Origin: an uncultured Acidimicrobiaceae bacterium
GTDB lineage: Bacteria; Actinomycetota; Acidimicrobiia; Spongiisociales; UBA5794
DNA: 64,000 nucleotides
Reading direction: 5' to 3'
NCBI GenBank assembly: GCA_964584755.1
Contig: CAZPAV010000004.1
Coordinates: forward strand, 7,386-71,385
Shown: positions 18,861 to 26,678 of the stretch, in pieces
Layout: each line of letters starts with the position of its first letter
Position numbering within the stretch: the stretch's first letter is position 1
Position numbers and translations under genes: made by a program
Notes under the pieces: model-generated
The model's input: the letters and a program-made list of their open reading frames with translations, nothing else
Told to the model about the DNA's origin: nothing
Database searches by the model: none

Positions 18861-19134
18861 CTCTATCGTTAGCGACACAATTGTGATAACGGCGTGGAGG
18901 CCGTGCATGGTTTCAAGACAGGGCAGGGTGAACCCGTGGACGTCTGCCGGGAGATGGCCGAGTCCGTCGAGCGCCGCGGCGGAATGGTGCGACACACCCT
19001 GATCTGGGGTGCGTTCGGACGCCGGGGTGTACGGGGTGAATTGGAACCACACGGCTCAACTGTCGGCTCACGCAACCCTCTGCACTATCCCTCAAGTATG
19101 GGGGACAATGCAGCATGGCCAGAGGGCGCCATCC

Positions 19135-20250
19135 TCACCTCTCGATCCCGATGACCGCGGACGCAGCCCGAGTCGGCCGGGGACTCGAGAGAGACCGTCT
19201 CCGCGCCGCTTCGAGGGCGTCGGCGGCCTCCCGGTCGCGGCCTTCGAACAGGTGTCCGTAGACGTCGTAGGTCGTCCGGATCGAGGCGTGGCCGAGCCGC
19301 TGGGAGATGACGTAGGGGTCTTCTCCCTCGGCGATGAGGAGGGCCACGTGGGTGTGGCGGAGGTCGTGTGGGCGCATCGGCTCACCCACGGACTCCCGCA
19401 CGGCCGGGTACCAGACCCGCCGGCGGAAGAGGTGCAGGCGAAGCGGCCCGCCTTCCGGAGCGGTGAAGACGAGTCGGTCCCGACCCGGGTAGGCGGCCAG
19501 GTGGGCGGCGAGCTCGTCGGCGAGGAACGCAGGGAAGGTCACCGTTCGGCGGGAGGCTGCCGTCTTGAGCGGCTCCTCGACTCGGAGCTGTCGGCGCAGC
19601 AGGTCGAGCCGGTCGATGCGCAGGGCGGCGAGCTCGCCGGGACGCAGCCCGGTGTAGGCGCCGGTGAGCACGAACGCCCGGTACCGGGGCTGGATGGTCT
19701 CGGCGAGCTGTTCGACCTCTTCGATGGAGAGGAAGCGTTTCTCGGTCTGTTCGATCTTCGGCAGCTCGATTCTGCGACACGGCGATCGTGCCAGGCGCCC
19801 GTCCTCGACTGCCAGCTCGAGGGCGAGCTGCAACAGCGTGTAGGCGCGCCGGATCGTGGAGGGGGCGTAACCGCCGGCGACGAGGTCGGCTACCCAGGCG
19901 CGCACGTCCCCACGTTCGATCGCAAAGAGGGGCAGATCGCCGAAGGTGGGCAGGATGAGGCTGCGAATGACCGAGCCGTCGCTCGCCCGGGTCGAGGCGG
20001 CAAGGTGGACCCGCCCGGCCTGCACGATGTCGTTCCACTCGCCGAAGCTGATCCGGGCGAGCCGGGGGTCGGTCCACTCGCCCCGCAGCTTGTCGGTTTC
20101 GACGGTGGCGAGGAACGCCTCGGCGTCGACCTTGCGGCGGAAGTTGCGAGCCCGCTCCCGTCCGTTCGGTGTCCGGTAGCGAGCCTGCCAGGTGCCGGCC
20201 TTCGTCTTGCGGATGTGTGCCATGAGAGATCCTTTCGCCGTGCCTGGCAT
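19135..20250 (-). CDS. int: Tyrosine-type site-specific integrase (phage integrase family with N-terminal arm-binding domain)
   Basis: C-terminal catalytic residues R...HDLRHT...Y (MRPHDLRHTHVALLIAEG ... RLGHASIRTTYDVYGHL); N-terminal AP2-like arm-binding segment; inside att-bounded island. Confidence 0.9.
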   Translation of the reverse strand: MPGTAKGSLMAHIRKTKAGTWQARYRTPNGRERARNFRRKVDAEAFLATVETDKLRGEWTDPRLARISFGEWNDIVQAGRVHLAASTRASDGSVIRSLILPTFGDLPLFAIERGDVRAWVADLVAGGYAPSTIRRAYTLLQLALELAVEDGRLARSPCRRIELPKIEQTEKRFLSIEEVEQLAETIQPRYRAFVLTGAYTGLRPGELAALRIDRLDLLRRQLRVEEPLKTAASRRTVTFPAFLADELAAHLAAYPGRDRLVFTAPEGGPLRLHLFRRRVWYPAVRESVGEPMRPHDLRHTHVALLIAEGEDPYVISQRLGHASIRTTYDVYGHLFEGRDREAADALEAARRRSLSSPRPTRAASAVIGIER

Positions 20251-20356
20251 CGGCCACCGGGTTCGACGCGGGGACGCCCCGCGTCCCGAACCTATCAGCC
20301 GCCGCCGACACCATTCCGGGGCCTCGATCCGAGCCTGCGGGCCCCCACGTTGCCGT

Positions 20357-20413
20357 CGAACCCTTTCCGTAGAGTTTCAAGAACCCTTTCCGAAACCCTT
20401 TCGAGAACCCTCC
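20357..20413 (+). repeat. Four direct repeats of GAACCCTTTC(C/G) spaced 23/12/11 bp, ~110-160 bp upstream of int
   Basis: CGAACCCTTTCCG / AGAACCCTTTCCG / GAAACCCTTTCGA / GAGAACCCTCC read directly. Confidence 0.45.
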
Positions 20414-20915
20414 AACCGGAGCGGCCGGCGGTGGAAGCCACGAGGAGCAGCCAGGAGTCCTCCGTGAGTCCAGCGTTGCCGGTCATGCCGGGGGAGCGGT
20501 CCCGGGACGCCGTTTCCGAGCCTCAGACAGGGCCAATGCCCGATTCCCGCTACCGACGCACGGGAATCTCGCGAGTTCCTTTCCGCAGAGAGGGCAAGTG
20601 AGACTCGGCTGAAAGGGTTCTCCTTCACGATCAGGCCCATGAGCCAGATCGAGGAGACGAATCCGATGCCAACCGCCGAGTACGCCCAGGTCGCCCCCGC
20701 CGACCGCTCGACGCGTCCCGTCAGCAACGTCTGGCGAAACCCCCTCAGAGCCACACGCACGTGCAACACGTTGCGGGCGGTATACCCGTACACGCCGGAG
20801 GCGCCGTGATGCCACTCAACCGCGGAATGCTCGAGAGGATCGACCGCATGGTGCTGTCGGAGTTGGATCATGGGGATGGCGTTCGGCTGGTGAAGGTACC
20901 GCTGTCCAAGGCGGT

Positions 20916-21320
20916 GTGGTCGACGTGGCGCCGGTACTGGAGGCGATCGGGATGACGATGGGAGGAGCCGTTGCTGGTCTGATCGTCCACGAGCTTCGGA
21001 TCGTGGTTGGTGACCGCACCGACGGAGGCTCCGCGACATTCCCCGGGGCACGCGAAGAGGCACTCGCGACTCGGGGGTCGCAGATCATCGACTGGGAGCG
21101 AGATCTCGCGGCGACCGAGGAGCGGCTCAGCGAATGGACCGAACGGCTGGGCACCTGGGAGCGAGACTTGCAGGCGAGGGAGCGACGTCTGTCGGCAGCT
21201 TTGGGGCAGGCGGTCGTGGCCAGGGCTGCCGGCAGGAGGATCGGCCGCAACGAGCGCTGCCCTTGCGGCTCGGGTCTCAAGCACAAGCAGTGCCACGGAT
21301 CCGTGGAGGGCCGACGGTAG
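20916..21320 (+). CDS. SEC-C motif (metal-binding) coiled-coil protein; N-terminus possibly disrupted (overlapping out-of-frame ORF 20761..20955)
   Basis: C-terminal RNERCPCGSGLKHKQCHG = SEC-C zinc-binding motif; upstream heptad-like ERDLAATEERLSEWTERLGTWERDLQARERRL. Confidence 0.4.
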   Translation: MVDVAPVLEAIGMTMGGAVAGLIVHELRIVVGDRTDGGSATFPGAREEALATRGSQIIDWERDLAATEERLSEWTERLGTWERDLQARERRLSAALGQAVVARAAGRRIGRNERCPCGSGLKHKQCHGSVEGRR

Positions 21321-21441
21321 GGCCTCGTGCTTCCCATGACGCACGCCGGCGACCACGAGCGCGATGCCGTCTGCCTTGGCGGATGGCTGAAGGAGATGCC
21401 CGGCAGCTCCTCCTATCGATTCGCCCGAGCCGGTCGGCACC

Positions 21442-21975
21442 ATGACGCCGGATCAACCGGGTGTCGTGGCGGGGGGCCTCTACCATCGTGGGATGACCAA
21501 AGGGCTTCGGATCCGTCGGGCGGTGCGAGCCGTCGTGCTCGATCCGGCAGATCGTGTGCTGCTCGTGCGCTTCGAGTTCCCGCATGTCGTCTTGTGGGCT
21601 GCTCCCGGTGGCGGGCTGGAACCTGGTGAGCATCCTCATGATGCGCTGCGCCGGGAACTGATCGAGGAGACCGGGCTCGTCGACCCTGAGATCGGCCCGG
21701 TGATCTGGACGCGGACACACGTGTTCCCGTTCCTCGACGGGAGCTACGACGGTCAGACCGAATCGTTCTACCTCGTACGCACCGAACCGCTCGAACCCCG
21801 CCCGGCGATGTCGTGGGAGGACCTCGGCGCCGAGTACGTCACCGACGTTCGCTGGTGGCCCCAGAGCGAGCTCGAGGAGAGCGGTGCGATGTTCGCTCCC
21901 CGACGCATGCCCGAGCTGATCGGTCGTCTGGTCGCCGAGGGGCCGCCGCCGGCACCGATCGACGCCGGGGTGTAG
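21442..21975 (+). CDS. NUDIX hydrolase
   Basis: Nudix box GGGLEPGEHPHDALRRELIEETG (Gx5Ex7REUxEExGU). Confidence 0.8.
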   Translation: MTPDQPGVVAGGLYHRGMTKGLRIRRAVRAVVLDPADRVLLVRFEFPHVVLWAAPGGGLEPGEHPHDALRRELIEETGLVDPEIGPVIWTRTHVFPFLDGSYDGQTESFYLVRTEPLEPRPAMSWEDLGAEYVTDVRWWPQSELEESGAMFAPRRMPELIGRLVAEGPPPAPIDAGV

Positions 21976-22073
21976 GTCCAGGACGCACAGGGACGAGGTG
22001 AGTTCCCGCAGGCAGGGATCGTGATGGGACGCGGCCGGATCCCGCGGTGGAGCTGCGGTGTTGCTCCTGCGGC

Positions 22074-22970
22074 CTATCCGGACCGCCACTGCCAGGTGTC
22101 GGGATCCCATGTTGCATCGGGGACTTGCTCACCGATGAGCGGGTTCCAGAAGGAGCGGAGCGCCTCTCCGGCTTGGGGGAGCGTGACCCATGGGATGTCG
22201 TAGATGGCCACGAACTGGGCCCACCGGTCCGCCCAGCGGTTTGGTGGGTTGGGGATCTGCGGAGGCCACGGGGTGTTTCGGGTCTCGAACGTCGCTTCGC
22301 AGGTTGCGACGACGGCAGAGCTCGGTGAGATGGGGAGGCGTTCGGCGATGACGAGCATGTCGTAGAGGTCTCGGGGCCGGCTGGATCCGTTGCCGTAGGA
22401 GCGTGCGTAGGCGTGGAGCTTCTCGGCGAGTTGTTGTTCGACGGGGATGGCGGGGACGATAGGGGCAGGGAGGCCGGCGAAGTCGAGGACGTCACGGAGG
22501 GGAATCTCGGTGAGGGGTCGCCGGTCGGTGGGCATCAAGTTGACGTCGAGGTTGACACGTTCGAACTCTCTGCCGGCGAGCATCGCGAGAACGGGGAACC
22601 GGAGAGCACCGGCCGCAGTCTCGCCCTGGAGGGGCCGGGCTCGGCCGATCTGGAAGGCGAACCCGTCATCCACGTCGAGCAGCGCCGCCTGATCGAGGGC
22701 GGCTTCGAGTTCGTCGCGGGTGGCTCGCCAGTTGGCGTCGGCGTCGGAGGTCGCTCGGGCCCGGTCGCCGAGACGTGCGAGGAGGGCCAACCCTCCCTTG
22801 AGCGCCCAGGTCCCCGGCGGAGCCGTGTGTTGGAGCCGCGCGAGGAGTCGCTGATGGGCGACTTCCTTGCGAAGCCGGTCGAGGGGACGGCCCGTCTGGC
22901 GGGCACGGGTGAGGAGACGTCGTTCGAGCGCCACACGGAAGGCATGGGGACTGTCATAGGGGCCGATCAT
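22074..22970 (-). CDS. AbiEii-like nucleotidyltransferase toxin (DUF1814 family, type IV TA/abortive infection)
   Basis: N-terminal WALKGGLALLARLG...TSDADANW (hGG + DxD NTase motifs as in the AbiEii LKGGTAL signature); 298 aa; ATGA-coupled to upstream AbiEi-like gene. Confidence 0.65.
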   Translation of the reverse strand: MIGPYDSPHAFRVALERRLLTRARQTGRPLDRLRKEVAHQRLLARLQHTAPPGTWALKGGLALLARLGDRARATSDADANWRATRDELEAALDQAALLDVDDGFAFQIGRARPLQGETAAGALRFPVLAMLAGREFERVNLDVNLMPTDRRPLTEIPLRDVLDFAGLPAPIVPAIPVEQQLAEKLHAYARSYGNGSSRPRDLYDMLVIAERLPISPSSAVVATCEATFETRNTPWPPQIPNPPNRWADRWAQFVAIYDIPWVTLPQAGEALRSFWNPLIGEQVPDATWDPDTWQWRSG

Positions 22971-23542
22971 GCCGAGAGGGATCGGCCGAAGACCTCGGCG
23001 AGGTCGGGCTGCTGCTCGACGACCTGGCGAAGCCGGCCGGCCCGGATGAGGCCACGCTCGATGGCTTCTTCTGCAGCGGCGGCCGCGACCGCCGGATCCG
23101 CGGCGACGTCGAGGATGGTTCGCATCGGTGTGGTGACGGGAATCCCCTCGCGGACCGTGACGTCATCCGCCGGGAGCGTCGCCCGATGGATGAGCACACC
23201 GGGGCGCCTCCCCCGGAAGCGACGCGCAACGGTGATGTGGATGACCGCCGGCATGGCGTCGGCCAGGCCGTAGATCGCCAATGCCGTGTCGTGGGAGGCC
23301 ACCGCACCGTCACCGACCCACAGGATGGTGGCCATCACGTCTTCGAACGGGTGGCTCGGATAGTTGAGCAGGCGGTACACGCCCCGGTCGACACGCTCCA
23401 GGTTGCCCGAGCGGACGTGATGGGACAGGTAGCGACGGTCGACCCCCAGCTCTTCCGCCTGGCTCGTGCTGAAGTAGCCGAGCTGGGCGTCGGCGAGGGA
23501 ATACAGACGGTCGAGCACCCACTTGGCTGGCATGAATGTCAT
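22967..23542 (-). CDS. AbiEi-like antitoxin/transcriptional autoregulator (wHTH N-terminus)
   Basis: YFSTSQAEELGVDRRYLSHHVRSGNLERVDRGVYRL wHTH then SHDTALAIYGL block typical of AbiEi family; stop overlaps AbiEii start (ATGA); palindromic operator at its start. Confidence 0.6.
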   Translation of the reverse strand: MTFMPAKWVLDRLYSLADAQLGYFSTSQAEELGVDRRYLSHHVRSGNLERVDRGVYRLLNYPSHPFEDVMATILWVGDGAVASHDTALAIYGLADAMPAVIHITVARRFRGRRPGVLIHRATLPADDVTVREGIPVTTPMRTILDVAADPAVAAAAAEEAIERGLIRAGRLRQVVEQQPDLAEVFGRSLSA

Positions 23543-23557
23543 AGTAACTATGACATT
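23535..23557. promoter_or_regulatory. 23-bp perfect inverted repeat AATGTCATAGT-a-ACTATGACATT overlapping the abiEi start codon(s): candidate autoregulatory operator
   Basis: Palindrome read directly; AT-rich island in GC-rich context; AbiEi proteins are known to bind inverted repeats in their own promoters. Confidence 0.5.
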
Positions 23558-23670
23558 GGCGCCACGCCAGCGTTTTCCGATCGACTCCGGGTCGCCTGAT
23601 CTTCGAGGCTCACCTGCGTTCCCGCCAGCAGGGACCTCGAACGGCGAGACCCGGCGTCGAACCTCCACTG

Positions 23671-23721
23671 GGGTCCGCGCAGAGTCCGCCGAGAGTCCGC
23701 GGAAAGTCCGCGAGAGGTCCG
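23671..23721 (+). repeat. Five tandem ~10-bp (A/G)GAGTCCGCG repeats just inside attR (putative arm-type sites)
   Basis: GGGTCCGCGC AGAGTCCGCC GAGAGTCCGCGG AAAGTCCGCG AGAGGTCCG; same orientation and sequence family as 17280-17312. Confidence 0.4.
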
Positions 23722-23821
23722 AAAACGACCGGAAATGACCAGAGGCGTTGAGAGGTGAAATGCCAATAGCCACAAGGGTTTTCGGCCGTTTCGCCAGGTG
23801 GCGAAACGTGCCCGTTCTTCG

Positions 23822-23883
<62 letters not shown>

Positions 23884-23936
23884 CGGGGCTGTCGCATGGA
23901 TGGTCGCCGCAGCGGGGTTGCCGGCGTGGTGTCGGT

Positions 23937-24326
23937 TCAGGTGGTGGCGAGCCGGTGCCGGTGGATCTCGAGCAGGTCGTGGACGGTGCACACGAGTCGT
24001 CCTTCGCTGGTGGTGGCAGCGAGTCCTCGCCGTGAGAACCGTCGGAACCTGAGGTTGGCCTTGATGTTCCCGAAGAGCGTCTCGACGGTGGACCTCGGCT
24101 TGGCGTAGGCGGCGGCTCCGCCGTCGGTGGCGAGGCGCTCGACGAAGGCGTGACGGACCTGGGCTGGATCGGGCAAGCCGCGGCGGTGATGCTCGAGCAG
24201 TGTGCCCACGGTGGTGGTCGAGACGCCCAGGTGGGTCGTCGCGGTCTGTGCGGTGATGTCGCCTCGGTCGGGGCATTCGATGACGTCCCGGCGCCGGCCG
24301 AGACGGGGACCGCTCCTGTCGGTCAC
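23937..24326 (-). pseudogene. IS5/IS4-like DDE transposase fragment (C-terminal part only)
   Basis: C-terminal block VETLFGNIKANLRFRRFSRRGL...LVCTVHDLLEI resembles the DDE_Tnp_1 C-terminus; no N-terminal catalytic region; located just outside attR. Confidence 0.55.
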
Positions 24327-24898
24327 TCGACTTCGAGCTTCACCAGAGCGAAGGATGCTCCGTCAGTTTCCTCACTCCTCCTGACCTCTACGAAGCCGCC
24401 GGTCAGATAGAGGTCGAGGGGGCCGGAGGGGTTGTTGGCCGAATCGACCCGCGCGTACGCCCAGAGGCCCCTGAGGCCGCGCGCTCGTACGTCGTCCACC
24501 ACCGCACTCAACAGCCGTGTGCCAATCCCTGCGCCTCGGAACGGAACCGGCACGTGGAGGCATGTCACCAACACCTCGTCGTCGGGGGGTTTCTCCATGC
24601 CATAGTCGTACCGGTAGAACCCGGGAAAGCGTTGAGCCGGTGCGTACTGGACGTAGCCGGCCGGTGTCCCGTCCACCAGGGCCAGAAACCCACACGGTCC
24701 CCACTCTGCCCAGGCCCTCTCGAACCAGGCCCGTTTGTGCTCTGCCCATGCTGTCGAGAACGGCTCTCGTCCCGGTGTGGCGAAGAGGTCCGGCTCCTCC
24801 CAGTACAGACAGAGTCCGCACGTGGCTGCGACGGCGTGAGGAAGGTTGGAAGCGTCGATCCTCACGATCTCGGGTGCCACTGGATCCGGCATCTGCAT
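24323..24898 (-). CDS. GNAT family N-acetyltransferase
   Basis: Acetyl-CoA binding motif region VPFRGAGIGTRLLSAVVDDVRARG (Q/RxxGxG/A); 191 aa. Confidence 0.7.
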   Translation of the reverse strand: MQMPDPVAPEIVRIDASNLPHAVAATCGLCLYWEEPDLFATPGREPFSTAWAEHKRAWFERAWAEWGPCGFLALVDGTPAGYVQYAPAQRFPGFYRYDYGMEKPPDDEVLVTCLHVPVPFRGAGIGTRLLSAVVDDVRARGLRGLWAYARVDSANNPSGPLDLYLTGGFVEVRRSEETDGASFALVKLEVE

Positions 24899-25244
24899 CC
24901 AGTCTATGCCCGGGTGTCTCCCTCATCTCGACCACGACAGCGATGATCCACCACGGCCGTGCCGGCTGTCGGCTCCAGCGAAGCATGGCCTCGTGAAGTC
25001 TCCGCATTCGATGGTCGCGGACGCCCGCCGATGATGTGTCCCCTCCGCCCTTCCTCCGACATCGCCAGCCTGTGCCGGTTGCTTCGTCGTCGTCGAGCCG
25101 GCGGCGCCTACCCATGCCGGAGCCATCCAGGGGGTCGAGCAGCCACCCCCCGTTCGGACTCTCTCGCGGGGGCGGTAGCCGGCCACCACGGCCCGCCGTC
25201 ACCCACAGAGGGACCAGGCAGCGAGTGCCGAGGGCCTCGCATCC

Positions 25245-25577
25245 GTGTCAGAATCGCCGCCGATGGAAGCGATCGGTGACTCTCGAAGGCCCGTGTCGAA
25301 CATGTCGGTGGGAGACGTCGGCTGGTTCCTCGACGTCGTGGACCGTCTCGGTATCGAGGTGTGGCTCGACGGTGGTTGGGGGGTCGGCGCGGTCTTGGGG
25401 AAGCAGACAGGTCGACACGGCGCTCTCGACATCGTGGTCGAGGACAGGAACCTCGTGGCGCTTCGCGAGGCGCTTGCTGCCGCCGGCTTCACGGGCTCCC
25501 GACCCGACGATCGAACGGACTGGAACTTCGTCGTTGCCGATCCGGAGGGCCGTCGCATGACGTCCATGTCATCGTGA
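25245..25577 (+). CDS. ANT(2'')-like nucleotidyltransferase, probably C-terminally truncated (possible pseudogene)
   Basis: WLDGGWGVGAVLGKQTGRHGALDIVVEDRN resembles the aminoglycoside 2''-adenylyltransferase family N-terminus (WIGGGWAIDARLGRVTRKHDDIDL); only 110 aa vs ~175 expected. Confidence 0.4.
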   Translation: MSESPPMEAIGDSRRPVSNMSVGDVGWFLDVVDRLGIEVWLDGGWGVGAVLGKQTGRHGALDIVVEDRNLVALREALAAAGFTGSRPDDRTDWNFVVADPEGRRMTSMSS

Positions 25578-25718
25578 TCGACGAGCTCTGACAGGGACTC
25601 GTTCGGCGCCGTCCCAGGCCACTGTCGTAGGTGGTACGGATCGGCACGGATGCGCCGTCTCCCGCGATCGGCAGCTTCGCAGCATGGGCCCGTGCGAGAC
25701 TCCGATCACCGATCTTGG

Positions 25719-26678
25719 CTAGACGGCGATCACGACATTGCCGATCTTCCGGCCCGTCTCGACGTAGCGGTATGCCTCGACGATCCGGTCCAGGGGGTAG
25801 CGCCGGTCGACCACCGGCTTGAACTCTCCCGATGCGATGAGCCCGGCGAGGTAGGCGCTCGCCTCGGGGTCACGACGAGGCAGGGGGAACATGACCCTCC
25901 GGCCGCCGAGTAGGGGTGTGATGAGCGCCAGGATCGGGCCGTGCCAGAAGAGCCCGACGTCCGACGAGATGTAGATCCCGCGGGGTCTCAGCAGCCGCCG
26001 GCAGCGACGGAAGGAGCTCTTGCCGACCGCGTCGAGAACCAGGTCGTACCGCTGCTCGTCCTGGGTGAAGTCCGTGGTCTCGTAGTCGACCACCCTGTCC
26101 GCTCCCAGGTCCTCGACGAGGGTCAGGTGGGCGGTGCCACAGACCGCGGTCACCTTGGCGCCGAGGCTCTTGGCGATCTGGACCGCCGCCGAGCCGATCG
26201 CTCCGGTCGCCCCGTAGATGAGGACGTCGTGACCGCCACGGACTCCTGCGCTCCGCAGCATGCCCAGCGCGTAGTGGGAGCCCTCGGTGCTGGGCGCAGC
26301 CTCCGCGAAGGTCGAGTCGGTGGGGATGGGAACGACGAAGTGTTCGGCCTGGATGGTCATGTACTCGGCGTGCGCTCCGAAGGTGCCCTCGCAGTAGCCG
26401 CACACCCGGTCGCCCACGCCGTGGGAGGTGACGTCCGTGCCGACCGCCACGACCTCTCCGGCGAACTCGGTTCCGAGGACGGCGACCTTCGGCCGGCGGA
26501 GGCCGCTGAAGAACCTGATGAGCCACGGGGTCCCTCCCCGGTAGCCGCAGTCCGTCCGATTGACGGTGGTGGCGCGAACCCGGATCAACAGCTCGCCCCT
26601 TCCCGGAGTCGGAGTGTCGACCTCCTCGAGTCGGACGACGTCCGGCGGACCGTACCTGGTGCGAACCGCTGCTCTCAT
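25719..26678 (-). CDS. Zinc-binding/MDR-family NAD(P)H:quinone oxidoreductase
   Basis: MRAAVRTRYGPPDVVRLEEV... GroES-like N-terminus; Rossmann GATGAIGSAAVQIAK; internal ATG chosen within ORF 25719..27176. Confidence 0.75.
   Translation of the reverse strand: MRAAVRTRYGPPDVVRLEEVDTPTPGRGELLIRVRATTVNRTDCGYRGGTPWLIRFFSGLRRPKVAVLGTEFAGEVVAVGTDVTSHGVGDRVCGYCEGTFGAHAEYMTIQAEHFVVPIPTDSTFAEAAPSTEGSHYALGMLRSAGVRGGHDVLIYGATGAIGSAAVQIAKSLGAKVTAVCGTAHLTLVEDLGADRVVDYETTDFTQDEQRYDLVLDAVGKSSFRRCRRLLRPRGIYISSDVGLFWHGPILALITPLLGGRRVMFPLPRRDPEASAYLAGLIASGEFKPVVDRRYPLDRIVEAYRYVETGRKIGNVVIAV

Larger units (their letters stand above)
17237..23821. mobile_element. tRNA-Ala-integrated genomic island (~6.6 kb): tyrosine integrase plus toxin-antitoxin/abortive-infection-like modules
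   Basis: Bounded by 62-bp direct repeats derived from tRNA 3' end. Contains a tyrosine integrase, AT-rich patches unlike the flanks, and arm-like short repeats inside both ends. Its cargo looks accessory: two NTase/HTH pairs and a NUDIX hydrolase. Confidence 0.6.

Noticed and set aside
18894-19154. 86-aa plus-strand ORF between the HTH gene and the integrase 3' end as a candidate excisionase (Xis)
   Set aside because: No recognisable HTH or basic Xis-like sequence. It overlaps the 3' end of int and the neighbouring promoter region, and its composition looks like a GC-frame artefact.
20295-20486. 63-aa minus-strand ORF with internally repetitive peptide (ERVLERVSERVLETLRKGF)
   Set aside because: Its repeats are simply the translation of the GAACCCTTTCC direct DNA repeats. 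It is more likely a non-coding regulatory array.
19009-20601. 530-aa plus-strand ORF overlapping the integrase gene on the opposite strand (also 19382..20380 -)
   Set aside because: The integrase on the minus strand has full catalytic motifs. These frames give low-complexity R/G/P-rich translations.
17280-23721. Short tandem repeats (GAGTCCGCG family; GAACCCTTTCC family) as CRISPR arrays
   Set aside because: Units are ~10 bp with only 3-5 copies and no spacer-sized unique intervals or cas genes. This is consistent with protein-binding iterons/arm sites, not CRISPR.
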